Assembly: GCF_002571385.2 (NCBI RefSeq)
Contig: NW_019217927.1
Span: 1-62,325, forward strand
DNA: 62,325 nt
Direction: 5' to 3'
DNA from: Stylophora pistillata
Lineage: Eukaryota
The notes below the pieces were generated by a model. The model searched no databases, was not told the DNA's origin, and saw only the letters and a program-made list of their open reading frames with translations. The translations under genes and the position numbers were made by a program. Positions 1 to 26,809 of this stretch are shown here, piece by piece; position 1 is the first letter of the stretch, and every line of letters starts with the position of its first letter.

Positions 1-949
1 AAAAAAAAAAAAAAAACTATAAAACTAATATAAAGACATAAATAAATTGTTTTCAGTTTTTACTTTGCTTACCTGAATTGTTGGGGGTATTTTGCAAACA
101 AGAAAGTACCAAAAGAACGGTGAAATATTTCTTAATTTCTCTTACTTCATACGTATACAGTCCTGTTGTCTGTGAATTTCTTAACAATCAGATTTGCTAG
201 GAAAATTTTCATTTACTGAAAGAAACTGGACGGAAAAACTTTAAGAATGTGCGTACTCGAAGTGTTGGTGAACTTCAACACAATGAAAATGTAGAAAAAA
301 AGGTGAAACCGGGTTATTTGGCAGAAAACAAGAGAATCAGGGGTGCCTCATAACTTCGTCTTTCACTCGGATGTTTCTTTTCCTGCAGAGACCACGCATA
401 GTAATTGATATCAGAATAACACTAAGGTCACTAAGACCAGGAGGTAAATGGACGTTTAGGAAATCAATATCATTTCAGTGATTATGCTTACATCCCTAGG
501 AGTGATCTACGGTCGACGAATACAGAATACTATATTTGTAGAGCTTTTTAGAGGCCAATGATAAAAGAAAACAGCGGAATATCGAACTTGTTCGTTCTCG
601 CTCTGCCGATGAGACATCCTTTTAGCGCAGAAAATCGAAAGCATGCCGTGATCACCTGACTTCTAAATGTTTTGTTGTTTTTAAGTTTATATATTTTGAG
701 TAATGAAGTGTTAATGTCATACAGAAGACTGATCTAGAATTTAAAAAGACGTCATTGTCAAATTGCTGAAAGATCTGAAACTGACTGAGATCTAAAGTTA
801 CTCAGAAGAGAGAGTAAGTATCACAAACTTCGTTTTTTTTTTTTGTTATTGAAGTATGCAGATTTCCAACAAACCTTGGCCTTCTGATGATTGCGACCAT
901 GCAAATAATCTATCCAATCTTCTAAATGAAACTTATTCGATCACAATGA

Positions 950-1030
950 ATTGTTATCCTTTGACGATGTAGTCACTTCCGATGTGAATCGCGACGTTTC
1001 GACTACGTGCTGCAAGTCTTCTTCAGGCAA
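950..1030 (-). mobile_element. Solo 3' end of a Penelope-like element with a hammerhead-like core
   Basis: Minus strand CCTGAAGAAGACTTGCAGCACGTAGTCGAAACGTCGCGATTCACATCGGAAGTGACTACATCGT is similar to 55169-55240. Confidence 0.55.
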
Positions 1031-3662
1031 TGAGGTCGCTGGACTAATAGCACGCACGCACGCACGCACGCAACATCATAGGATTGATTGATTTTCAACA
1101 GGAGTAATCAGCTTTGACAGTTTAAAGATCTTTCTGGGCCTGAGTATGAACTTTGATCAGTTTCGAATAACGGGTTCAATCAGAAGACAGAGTATCTGAG
1201 ATGTAACCGCCTGGCTGCTTGTCTGTGTAGACGTCAGACAGTCAGACAGACAGTTCTGTTTCTTGACAATGGTTTCATCAAGTTTTTTTTTTTTTCTGGT
1301 GGTAGGAGGGTAATTTGGCAAACCTCCGGCGTAGTTCTTTATGTTTCAGATGCGTGGGCCATAAAGATTTTTTCCTCTCCTTTGAAAATGCCATGGTTTT
1401 ATTTTTTTTTCTCAGTTGTAAAATGATTTTAAGATATACCAAAAATGATCAGCCCTAAGTTGACAACAGAAGTAAACATAACCACCGCTGTATGTCGGTA
1501 ATGTTACTGGATATTGAGTACCAAACGCTTCCCTGTTCAAGGCGTATTTATCCAATGTTTCAACGAATATAGAAATGAGGTTGCCTTGTTGATAATCAGT
1601 GGTGTTGAAAAATTATATGACATCATGATATGCTGATGACTTCGGGTCGGAGTTGAAACCTTTAAAACAGATAAAAACTTTAATCTCTATTCAAACTGAA
1701 TTATTCTAGAAACACAAGTTTTGCTAAGCAACCTAGCAGTAATAAGAGAACGTATAAAAGCGATGTCACGATTTCTATCAAGAAATGTTTAATTTGATTT
1801 TTTTTTTCAAGTTTGGCCTGTTTTCAGTCTTCTTGTTCTTATCCACCAATTCTTACCTTAGTCGTATTTTTCTATTCTAGAGAACAATTATTCATGGTTT
1901 GATTCTGTTTCAAAGCGATTATGTATGGCTCCAAAAGGGTACATTTTAAGATCGGCGTGAAGCAAAGGAAAACGATGAGTGCCCTTGTGAAATCGAATCC
2001 CAGACCTTTGGACTTCGCGCTCCATATTCTTTCCCCCTGAGCGACAGATAACTTTATGACGGGTCAGACTATTAGTAGGTTTAAATGTGACACCCACATG
2101 GTCTCGTATTATTCCGCCTTATTTCAGTATAGTCCTTTGGTCGTGCTCTCTCATCCCAAAACAAAGGATTCGTCGCCTCACGCAAATCAACAGAAGTGTA
2201 TTGACGCGCATTTTGCCCTACAAGAAATTGAAACTGATGTAGTTAGAGTGAAATGGAGAACCCAGTAAAAATAAAATATGATAAAGAGACAAAAATTATG
2301 TGTATTTGCCTCAAACGGAGCTAAAACAAAGGGTCCTTCGGCAAGCGACTTTGTTTAATTCGAGTTGTGTAGTTTGCGTTGTTATTAGTTTCTTTTCATT
2401 GAGTGCCATTCAAAATTAATAGAAAAAATGCAGAAAGTAGACTTGTCATTCTTCTACCGACATGGTTAAGACACTAACGTGTTTACATACAAAAACTTCT
2501 CTTGATGTTAATTCAAGCTTACTAGGGACAACATCGCCTCGCAGCACTCGAACAAATGAACTCAAGAAATATCGTTATCAACAACCGTTTATGCTGGAGA
2601 TATTTACCGCTGTGATACACCTTTATAATACTCCACGTGGGTCGAATCGATATCCCACGAAATTAGACGGATGAGGATTAATTTTCGCTGACATTTGCGG
2701 CGAACAGTTGCCCTTGGTAATTTCCTTAATATTTCATTTTTGTGATCTAAATGTATTCAGTTTTAAATTTTTAATGACCATCGGTGTCATTTTCAGTGTT
2801 TTGAGGTTTGTTCAGTTGTCTTTTGTAGATGTTCACTGAAGATTTACATAATACCATTATCCCTCTCTCGTACCGTCAATTCTTATCTAAATATTGCTTT
2901 AGCATTTCCAAGTTTAAGAAAACAATATAGCTATAAATTAACTGGGGAAGTTGCTTCTGCGGGGATGCATGCGAATGTATCCTGGCTTATCTCGAAAACC
3001 GCTTAATCTAAGCCATCAGAATTCGCCACAACTGAAATACCAATTTTTGGCTACAAAGCTTAATTCTAGTTTTAAGGAAGAGGTGGCGACATTCTCGCTA
3101 TCAAGAGCCATTAAGACTCTCCTTTGTCTGGCTGTTTTCTTGATTGTATTGTTCGTGTGTTTTTGAACTGCCCTTTGCTTTATTTTCCTTACAAGATAGT
3201 CGCAAAATTCGAATTGCGCTGCGTACGTATGAACTTCCACTTATGACTTTCTAGATAATTTCTAAACAAAGTTTAACTTTGTGAGATTTTATCATAGGAC
3301 AATTTAATTTCTCAGACGTGTTTTGAACAGTTGATTACTTCATGCTCCGTAGCAACTGAAAGAATAGACCTTGAAGTGACCATTTATTTGGCAATTAACA
3401 AGTTAGTGCATTGATTGCAGTCGAGTTTTTAAGTTGATTCACAGGAGTTTCACCGCCCGGTGATTATTTAGATATTTCCAGCTGATGAGTTAATAAACAA
3501 GTTTGCTCGTTTATCCAATTGGTTGTTTTGTTTCTATCCGGGAATTTTGATGATTCGCGACCGCAGGCCACACGAATAGACGTCGTAGAGAGATTTTCTG
3601 TGTTGTCACAGAATACAGAAGAATTGACAAGACCGACTGGCCGCACGTCTGTCTAAACTCAA

Positions 3663-11503
<7,841 letters not shown>

Positions 11504-12091
11504 GTGCGATACCAGGTTCCAGTTTCAGCCGACAACAACAACAGCAACAACAACAGTGATGTTAAGTCCAAAACCTCGAAGCTGGTTGAGCAAATGACCT
11601 CTGCAGTAGACCATAAAAGCCGAAAAAGTTCAACAGAGTGTACTAAAATGACCTTAATATATTAAGATTTAAAGTACTGTAAATATCAATCGACTACAGT
11701 GTAAAATGAAATAAGTAGTTCCCAAGAACTTGAATAAGGTTTTATCTCTTGAATCAGGAGGACCTTATTTGATGAAAACGAGTTGATCTATTGGAGAAGG
11801 AAACTTCGTAAATGTCCTGATATACCCTCGTTCGCTGTTTGCGCCATCAACGCGTACACAATGATACATGGCCACTTTTGAGACTTACAACTCCACTGAG
11901 ATCTTTCGCGATATTAACCAAATCCCGGTGGATTAAAATCCTTACGCTAGAATCAGTTAGTGGCAGATTGTGCACTGATTGTACTAAATTGAATAGTAGA
12001 ACATGTAAAAGCACGCTAAATTAATCTTCCACAAAAAGATAAATATTTTGTAAAAAAGACTGCGCGTGTCGATCGTTGTAAGTTCAATAAA

Positions 12092-12209
12092 AATAAAGTA
12101 TTATCGTTTGTCTTACGATGTGGTCACTTGTGATGTGAATCGCATAGTGAATCACTTATGATTCACATCATAGGTGACCACATCGTGAGACAAACGATAA
12201 TACTTTATT
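12092..12209. repeat. Palindrome with ~50-bp arms derived from a Penelope-like 3' end
   Basis: AATAAAGTATTATCGTTTGTCTTACGATGTGGTCAC... pairs with ...GTGACCACATCGTGAGACAAACGATAATACTTTATT. The arm resembles 960-990 and 55210-55245. Confidence 0.85.
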
Positions 12210-13436
12210 ATTATTAAAAGGATAAATAACTGATGGGAGATTTTAATAAAAATTTTTTTCGAATGTTAAGTGTCATTAGCACTTCGCGTAAGCTCTGTAA
12301 TATTTTGGCGTGTTGCAAAGGCTAAAATATTCAGAGATTGGAAATAACCTGACGCAAATGGGAAGAAAGGCTAGAGCACTGCACCAACTGCTTTAATTAC
12401 CGACGACAGGTACCATTCTGTTCAAATCTGGCGCTCTGCACACCAACTCAAGGAGTAACACTGAGTTGGAAAGTACTGGTTTACCATACTCGACGTAAAA
12501 ACGTACCTTGGAGACATTTTTACACTGTTAAATCTCCTTTAAAGGACTATAACTACTGATATCTCCGCAAAAATAGAAAACATACTAACTAAGGATGCAT
12601 GAAGGTGAAAAATATTTAAAGTTTTATTCTTGGCTTGTGATCTTCCAAGTTTTCTAATTACTTGGCCCTGTCACGGCCCCTTCGCTACATCTTTCTCTGA
12701 TCCTTAACTTTCCATTCCTGCACAATTTACTTCCGTTCCCCCATCTTTATCCCTGTCTCCCTCTTTCAGCCAGTCTTGTAAACTCCTGGTTTCGTCACGT
12801 TTGGTTCATAAGACCAACGCATGAAAAGCATCTTGACGCAAACCTTTCCTATACCCTTCACTTCATTTCAGCTGATTTGCCATGATGACGCGTCGTCCAA
12901 AAGATTCAGCACAATTCCCTCAGCTGTGTGAACACCAAAAGGCTTCTACTTTGATTTTCAAGAGGGAGTTTGATCCTTTTCAATGTATGGTTTCTTGACG
13001 CAAGGTAAAAAAACAATTTTACCAATTTACCTGTTTTACTGCAAATGGAAGTAAAGCCACCTGAACGGTATATATCTTAAATTTTGGGTTGGAAAGTAGG
13101 GTGTGAAAAGGGAACTGTGGATGCTTTTTGTCCGCTTTCCCTTACGAAACACTCTTTTTTCCACCGAATACTATACCAAAATGCGTTCCATTTTGCTCGA
13201 TGAAACAGGATCATTAGAAAACAGAGCTTTATAACGGTTGTAGTCAACCCATTTTTTGACTATTATTCTAAATCTATTTTACATTAAATACTTATATATT
13301 ATTTGGAGTGCAGTCATTCAGTTTTCTTTTTTAGAAAATATTTTACAAAGTTTTCTTCCTTTATAATTTAGCAATGCTTCTTTAAGTGACGATTTTAAAC
13401 AATGTTTGGGGGGGGGGGCAAAGTAAAAGTACGAAC

Positions 13437-15493
13437 GAGTTTGGGTTTTGGTCGAGGGTCGAGGGTAAAACGTTGAGGGTCCGAGAAAAATGTCGAGGGT
13501 CCATAATAAACTAAAAATCGTAAATTTTAAAAAAATTAAATGTCGTGAAATGTCAGAGAAAACTCAGAAATTACATATAGATAAATTCCAGACATGTTGT
13601 GACTTATTGTTTTTGTATACTTTCACGCTTCATTTATACACAGCTTCCACAAATGCACCCGCAACCGCAAATAAATAGATGCCGGCTGATCGAGGTCAAG
13701 GTTAACTTTGTGGAAAGCGCGACTAAGCAATTCGTCCATCGAAATATGGTTTTCTCTTAAGCGCCTAAATCTCGCAATTTCTGGGTTTCCATCCACCGTG
13801 AAGCCATAAGCGAAAAAACTCGAACTGAGGAACAGCAAATAAAAAATGATTTCGCAATCAGAGATGCGCTAATGGAGGGGCTTTTAGCAACGTCTGACAA
13901 AAGATTGACAAGAAAAGCGTACAAATTTTTGTTGTTTGAGTACACTTTTTTGTCATTTTTATCGATGGTGTGTTTTAACATTTGTTCCCTCTGATCCTGC
14001 AAAACGTTTTGCACATAACCAAAACTGAAGTTTTTACTGCTGCTGTTTTATTGTAGGTTTAGGCGAATTTGTCATGATTTCACCTCATACTCGGAGTGTT
14101 AAGAATCTTCTTCCTCCTGACATCATAATGAACTCGGGCATTTCAATCTGATTTAAAATCTCAGAACTAACCTACCAAGAAATGAATGCTAGCGAGTAAG
14201 GAGATTTAGCATATTGATCTTGGAACTCCGTAGAAGGTTCTTGTTTTTACACCACTTTGATTGACAAGAGCTTGTTTTCTTTAAGTCTGCACACGCCTTG
14301 TCAAGGATATTTCTGTTTACAGAGTGTCTTCCTCCGTTCCTGGTTTAATATCAGTGTCGACGAGAAAACACGTGCTCTTGCCACTTGCGCTTTTTTTTTA
14401 CCAATTTTGGTGGATTAACTTTGCTCCTTATTTCCAGGTTTGTTTTTTAGGGCATTATTTGCTACCTATGTCTTCGATCTTTGAACTTGGTCAATGCACG
14501 ATCTGTCAGCAGCATGGCTTGCAATTTACATTTATTTCAAAATTTCGTTCGACTTGTTCTATCTTGTTTAACACCTATGGTTTGGCATTTTTTGTCTTCT
14601 ATACGTACTGAGTAGTTTGAAACAAGAAAGACAACGAGCCAACCCACTGGTTTTGGCAGTTTAGGTTTAAGACACAAAACGACCTATGTAAGATTAATTC
14701 TTCATTTTACATTTTCTACATTTTCTTTACAATCTTTGTCGTTTGGTTTATTTAGATAAAAATGAATAAACAACTGACGTTCAGAATTCAAGAAGCTGGG
14801 TTTGAAGTGTGCTACGATCCTCCCAGGGATGGGGACTGTTTTTGTCATGCAGCTGCTCGTCAGTTGGATTCTAGCTGCGAGGCTGCCAAGAACAAAGTGT
14901 TTGAATACTTGAAAAGTAATCGTTTGAATGTGAGTCGTGATTAATTTATTGATCCCAATACTGAACATGTGTTTAAATCGTTGTGTATGTATATATGTAT
15001 ATTAGAGATTTCTTAGATTGACATTCAGCTGCAATTATTGATTGCTTTTATGCAGGCGCGAGGATACGACCGCGACGAAGACCGATTTTTTATTTGCTGT
15101 TTCTCAGTTCGAGTTTTTTTGCTTCTGACTTCACGGTGGATGGAAACCCAGAAACTGCGAGATTTAGGCGCTTAAGAGAAAACCATATTTCGATGGACGA
15201 ATTGCTTAGTCGCGCTTTCCACAAAGTTAACCTTGACCTCGATCAGCCGGCATCTATTTATTTGCGGTTGCGGATGCATTTGTGGAAGCTGTGTATAAAT
15301 GAAGCGTGAAAGTATACAAAAACAATAAGTCACAACATGTCTGGAATTTATCCATATGTAATTTCTGAGTTTTCTCTGACATTTCACGACATTTAATTTT
15401 TATAAAATTTACGATTTTGTTTTTTATGGACCCTCGACATTTTTCTCGGACCCTTGACATTTTACCCTCGACCCTCGACCAAAACCCAAACTC
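13437..15493. mobile_element. Non-autonomous Mutator-like (MULE) DNA transposon with ~410-bp TIRs
   Basis: TIRs 13437-13847 and 15085-15493 (GAGTTTGGGTTTTGGTCGAGGG...CCCTCGACCAAAACCCAAACTC). Flanking 9-mers AGTACGAAC and GGTACGAAC match at 8 of 9 positions, consistent with a TSD. No transposase ORF is visible. Confidence 0.8.
14616..15175 (+). pseudogene. Spliced OTU-like cysteine protease gene fragment inside the MULE
   Basis: Phase-0 exon-like segments 14616-14687, 14756-14929, 15056-15175 with AG/GT boundaries. The middle exon encodes YDPPRDGDCFCHAAARQL, matching the OTU catalytic Cys loop (DGxCFxHA..QL). No His-loop half is visible. Confidence 0.6.
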
Positions 15494-15898
15494 GGTACGA
15501 ACGATAGACATCCCTCATTATTTATCTCGAAAATATCTCTATTGCATATTTTTGTTGCTTTAATGGTTTAACAGATTTTGCTAAACAGTAAAATCTTTCC
15601 TTTTTGTGTTATATGAATTTAAGGTTTTACTTAAATTTAAGAATATAAAGATGGGTTAATGAAGAACTTTCGTTTCAGTCACGAGTCTAGGTTTTTGTGA
15701 AACCATATTCGAATATTACCGTCCTCTTTTGGAGTTTTAAGACGGAGATAAATAAAAAATTGAAACGACGCGTGCATGGCGTTTAAGCTAAATATAAGAT
15801 AGAAGACGAGCTCGAACAGTTTCCATACTCTACATATATATATCATTTAAAAATACCATATAAAGCCTTTCGTTATAAATAACTGTTTTCTCGTGTGT

Positions 15899-22440
<6,542 letters not shown>

Positions 22441-23185
22441 TTGAAAGTAGACCGTACAGTATTCTTTCTCACAGTTCTGCAGTGTTGTTGCAGCGAACGT
22501 CAAAACGCGCGCATACGTCTTCTAGTCACGTGGTCGGCAGTCTCGAGCAACGAAGTTTCCCGTATAAGGAAACAAAGGAGCCAATGTCAAAGCGGGAATT
22601 TCTTTTCAGACTTAACAGCTGAACTGTCTAAGTGATTTACGTTTGAAAATTAATTTACAAAAACTTTCTCGCAAATCAACTCACCATGCTACTTGTTAAA
22701 CAAATGAATTGAAGCCCTTTCAAGTTCCGTTGCTACGCTACTGGTGCAACTTAAATATCTAATGGCTTTAAATATTACAGCCGTTTCAAACTGTTTATTT
22801 ACTTTTATCATCTATATTTTAAATTAAGAAATACCATTTTTTGAAGAACAATATTTGTAAAAGAGCAGATTCTTGATAATGGAAACTCTAGAAAGTATGT
22901 ACGTATTTCGTGAATTTTTGTGAAGAGCTTCTGCTCATCTTAACAACTTCGCAAATGTCAAGAACATTATAAAACATTTATTGAAGCAACATATTTACAG
23001 GTGATAATTAAAACAAGAAAAAAAAATGACCTTTTAAGTGGTTGAAGGGAATCGCTCGAACCAACATATCTCAGGAATACTGGTTTCTTTTATTAAGATA
23101 CAATACTAAATCATAAAAAGGATCGCCTTAGAACGTTTCCTTTAAACTCTACAAGTCAAAACCCTTCACGGGAAAATAGCCTAAA

Positions 23186-23657
23186 GGCTGCTGCACTTAA
23201 TTGGATAGTTTTCCCATTGCAACTCGTTTGCATTGCAGGTTTCATCTGTCACATGCAATTTTACACAAACCTAAAAATTTCTCCAATAATGGTTGTTAAA
23301 CTTTATATAGTAATTAAGCCGTGCAGACCTGAAAATATCCGGCTGCTGCACTTAATTGGATAGTTTTCCCATTGCAACTCGTTTGCATTACAGGTTTCAT
23401 ATGTCACATGCAATTTTACACAAACCTAAAAATTTCTCCAATAATGGTTGTTAAACTTTATACCGTAATTAAGCCGTGCAGACCTGAAAATATCCGGCTG
23501 CTGCACTTAATTGGATAGTTTTCCCATTGCAACTCGTTTGCATTGCAGGTTTCATATGTCACATGCGATTTTACACAAACCTAAAAAAATTTCTCCAATA
23601 ATGGTTGTTAAACTTTATACAGTAATTAAGCCGTGCAGACCTGAAAATATCCGGCTG
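23186..23657. repeat. Tandem repeat, 155-bp unit x3
   Basis: GGCTGCTGCACTTAATTGGATAG... starts at 23186, 23341 and 23496; copies are nearly identical. Confidence 0.95.
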
Positions 23658-24363
23658 ATCAAGGCTTGCATAAGCAATGAGTTTATTTGTACCTCAACTA
23701 AAAAAATTAAATTTCGTAACATGATCAAGGTCACAAAGTAAATTCAGATAGTAGGGTTTCGATCGAACGGGGTGAGTGGGAAAGTTGAGTAGGTGAAGTC
23801 AAGTTGTGATCATTTACAAACGAAACCCTATATTTGACATAACAAGTTCTCGTTCCATTAGTAACAAGGAAAGTGTCTTTTAATGGGTTCCTCTTCAAAT
23901 TTTAACTGAATATGCGTACTATTGTGTATTATTGTGTACTATGAAATCAAGCTTACTGAAATAGTAAGCTTACCTCACTCTTGTATTCGCTCTCCGATAA
24001 AGCGCGTTGTTTCAACCAATCAAACTTCGATTAACATCGAAACATTTTTGCAAATAAAATCAAAATCTTCGATACTCAAAACTTTCAGTTCCTGACCTTT
24101 GATTTATAAAACTGATCTCTGGAACACGTGCCTGATGCTATTTCAGATCCCTTGTAAGAAAAGTTTTTTGAGGGATGAAGTATCTTTAGCACTTCATCAT
24201 CTCTTCTACAGTGTAACTTCACGAAAAAGAGCACGCCGTACAGTCACTCTAAAGGACAGATTGATTTTTTTATGTCTGTAATTCATGATCAGAGCGTTGA
24301 CAAATTGCAAACAGAATATAAGAGAGTAAACGCTCCTGCGGTCTTAATGCCGGAAACTTTCCA

Positions 24364-24576
24364 TTAACCTGCTTTAACTCCCAAGAGTGACCAAAACAGA
24401 ATTTCTCCTTACAATATCAACACAAAATAAAGCAGACAAGTGATGAGAATAATTCACGAAACATAACAATCAGGGGATAATATAGTTGATCCGATACCAA
24501 ACTCTCCGAATGAACACCATAAGATTTGTTTGGCAGAATAGAATTGGCAATGAAATCTTGGGAGTAAAAGGATTAA
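24364..24576. mobile_element. ~210-bp TTAA-flanked MITE family (piggyBac-like ends); other copies at ~7360-7571, ~49432-49612, ~57285-57505
   Basis: Shared TTAACCCTTTAACTCCC..GAGTGA...AATTTCTCCTTACAATATC...AAGG(G)TTAA consensus in four dispersed copies. Confidence 0.75.
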
Positions 24577-26809
24577 CTTTGAATTAAAAATAAACCGTTA
24601 AATTAAATGAGTTTCAGGCGAGTCTTTTTGCTCCTTCATGCGGAATTTATTCACATCTCTAGGTTTTATTCTTATTCCATTGCTTACCCAAGCATTTTTT
24701 TTTTAGTCAGATTCCTAACTGAATTTATTTCCAAGAGGTGATAAACTGAAAGACAGCGTTGATCGGCAGGTAGTGTAGAGATCAGTTAAATGAAATAGCG
24801 GAGATCCCGAGCCCTCCACAAGGTCTAACATTTCATTTAAAACTGAATTGTTCAATGTTGTCTTTATTTTATTCGCTTTATTACGTTTAATGCCATGTTG
24901 CCGGTACCGCGATTTTTCTTCGAAATGTGGCCGGACAATTTTGAACGGCCGGTTCGAATTTACAATTATTAGAGCTAAAATTACTCCCGGGAAATTCTTA
25001 CGACTCATATATTAGTATGGAATTAGCAATTCTTCTTCAGTTTTGCGAATGAAATATAAATGAATTTCAAATATGATTAGACGCTTAAAAGTAAAATTCA
25101 TAATAACATAGAATTAAAAAGACTTGCAACTGGAGCCGAGTAATTATCAAAATTCACGAACGGTCATTCTGTTCAAAAGAAACTGAAAATTTTTAAAGTT
25201 TTCAAGAGTTTTTGTTCATGAGATTTGTTGAACATAAAACTTAGTGACTGCATCTTCTTTGTCAAATATCGTGATATTTTCCGAAGCGAAGGTAAATATA
25301 CTTTATATTTGCCCTCAATACAGACGTTTCCGTAATTAAGCAGGCGAGAGCGGGGCAAATGATAGGCCGTAATTTCGTTGCATGTTGTATCAGAAATTTT
25401 CTTCGTACACAAATTGGATTCTCTGATAATCACCACGAATTAATTCTGATGGAACCTCAAACGTCACAGATTAACCCCAACCAATTGCAAGACGAGAATT
25501 TAACTTACTTAGTAGGCACCGCGGGAAATAAGAGACAATCTACAAAACATTTATCAAAATCACTAGAAACTTTGAGTTCCCATGGAGCAGGAGAACCATT
25601 AAGGCTAATGGCAATCAAGCATCTCTAATCAGTGAAATCTGTGCTTGTTCTCAGAATCTTATTTCGCTTTACAACTATTTACTCTCACTAATGTAGGCTT
25701 TTATGGGTACAAGCCAATGTTTGCTAAGGGAAATGGAGTCAATAGCAGATGTGGGAAATCTTCTCAGTTTTGAGGAGCAATCTTTCCTGAAAACCACCAT
25801 TGTTAAGGAATTTCGCTTTCATTTAATTAGTGAGTTATTTCCAAGACTTATAAATAACGATTTAGACGCTGGTTATCCTTGCGAGCACAATGCGATAATA
25901 AATTCACTTTTGAAATATTAATGAAGCAAACTAAATATGATGAAAATTTTTGAAGTCATCTCTCTTCGTGAACCGAACGTCTACATAAAGTCAATATTGA
26001 TATTCCTATTGCATTCTGTGTCATTGAGTTAAGATTAAAGTTTCTTCTTACTGCGTTCAAACAGACAATGCAAGGAGCTGTTCATATTTGTGTTACTTTT
26101 GGTTTGCTATGATTGTGCCTAATCTGGCTCCCGAGTATTATTAATAATAACTAATCAACAAAACAACCAAGGTTTCCCAGACTCCCCGTTTAGTGCGAAT
26201 AATTACAGCATGAAAATGTTGATTGTCTGCTTAAGGCGTTTTGTATTATTGTACGATTAGTATACAACGACGATTACTTAACAATTTGAGAGAAGTGCTA
26301 TATTTTGAATTGGTTTTGAAGTGGTGAGACCTCCAGGAAACCGTCGCTTTTAAAATTCGACGCGCGTCAGTCCATTAGCAAAGAAGAAAAAGTACTTAAT
26401 CGGTTAAAGACATAACAAGAGAGATACATGAGAAAATTAGATAAGTCATTTCCCAATGAAGCAAGATGGAAAAGCTTTAGTTGCTTATTAAAAATGTATA
26501 AAGCTAGGAGTAATAAGGGGTCAAAAAACCACTAAAGACTTGTCATTGTCGATGAAAACTCTCGAAAGGAACATTTTAGTAGTAATTGGAACACCACGAC
26601 CTTTAAAAAGGTTTCTGTTTTGCGCTTTGAAGTGAAGTTTCACTCAAGAAGTTTAGAGAAGTTACCTTACATGGCTTTGTTATAACCTTCGTCTAAGGAA
26701 GTACTCTTTTCAAGGTAACGAGCTAATTTCTTTTACGTAACCAACCTTCGAAGTCCACCCGCGCAGTCTAGATTGTCAGTTGCCGAAGTTATTGTCAAAC
26801 AAACCAACA

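Noticed and set aside
1888-3240. Short ORFs upstream of PCGF5-A
   Set aside because: No recognisable motifs; lengths are consistent with chance ORFs.
13437-15493. Functional E3 ligase/deubiquitinase operon-like system (PCGF plus OTU)
   Set aside because: The OTU piece is truncated and sits in a transposon insertion; nothing in the sequence links it functionally to PRC1.
23186-23657. Possible CRISPR-like array
   Set aside because: Contiguous 155-bp units without unique spacers in a eukaryotic context.
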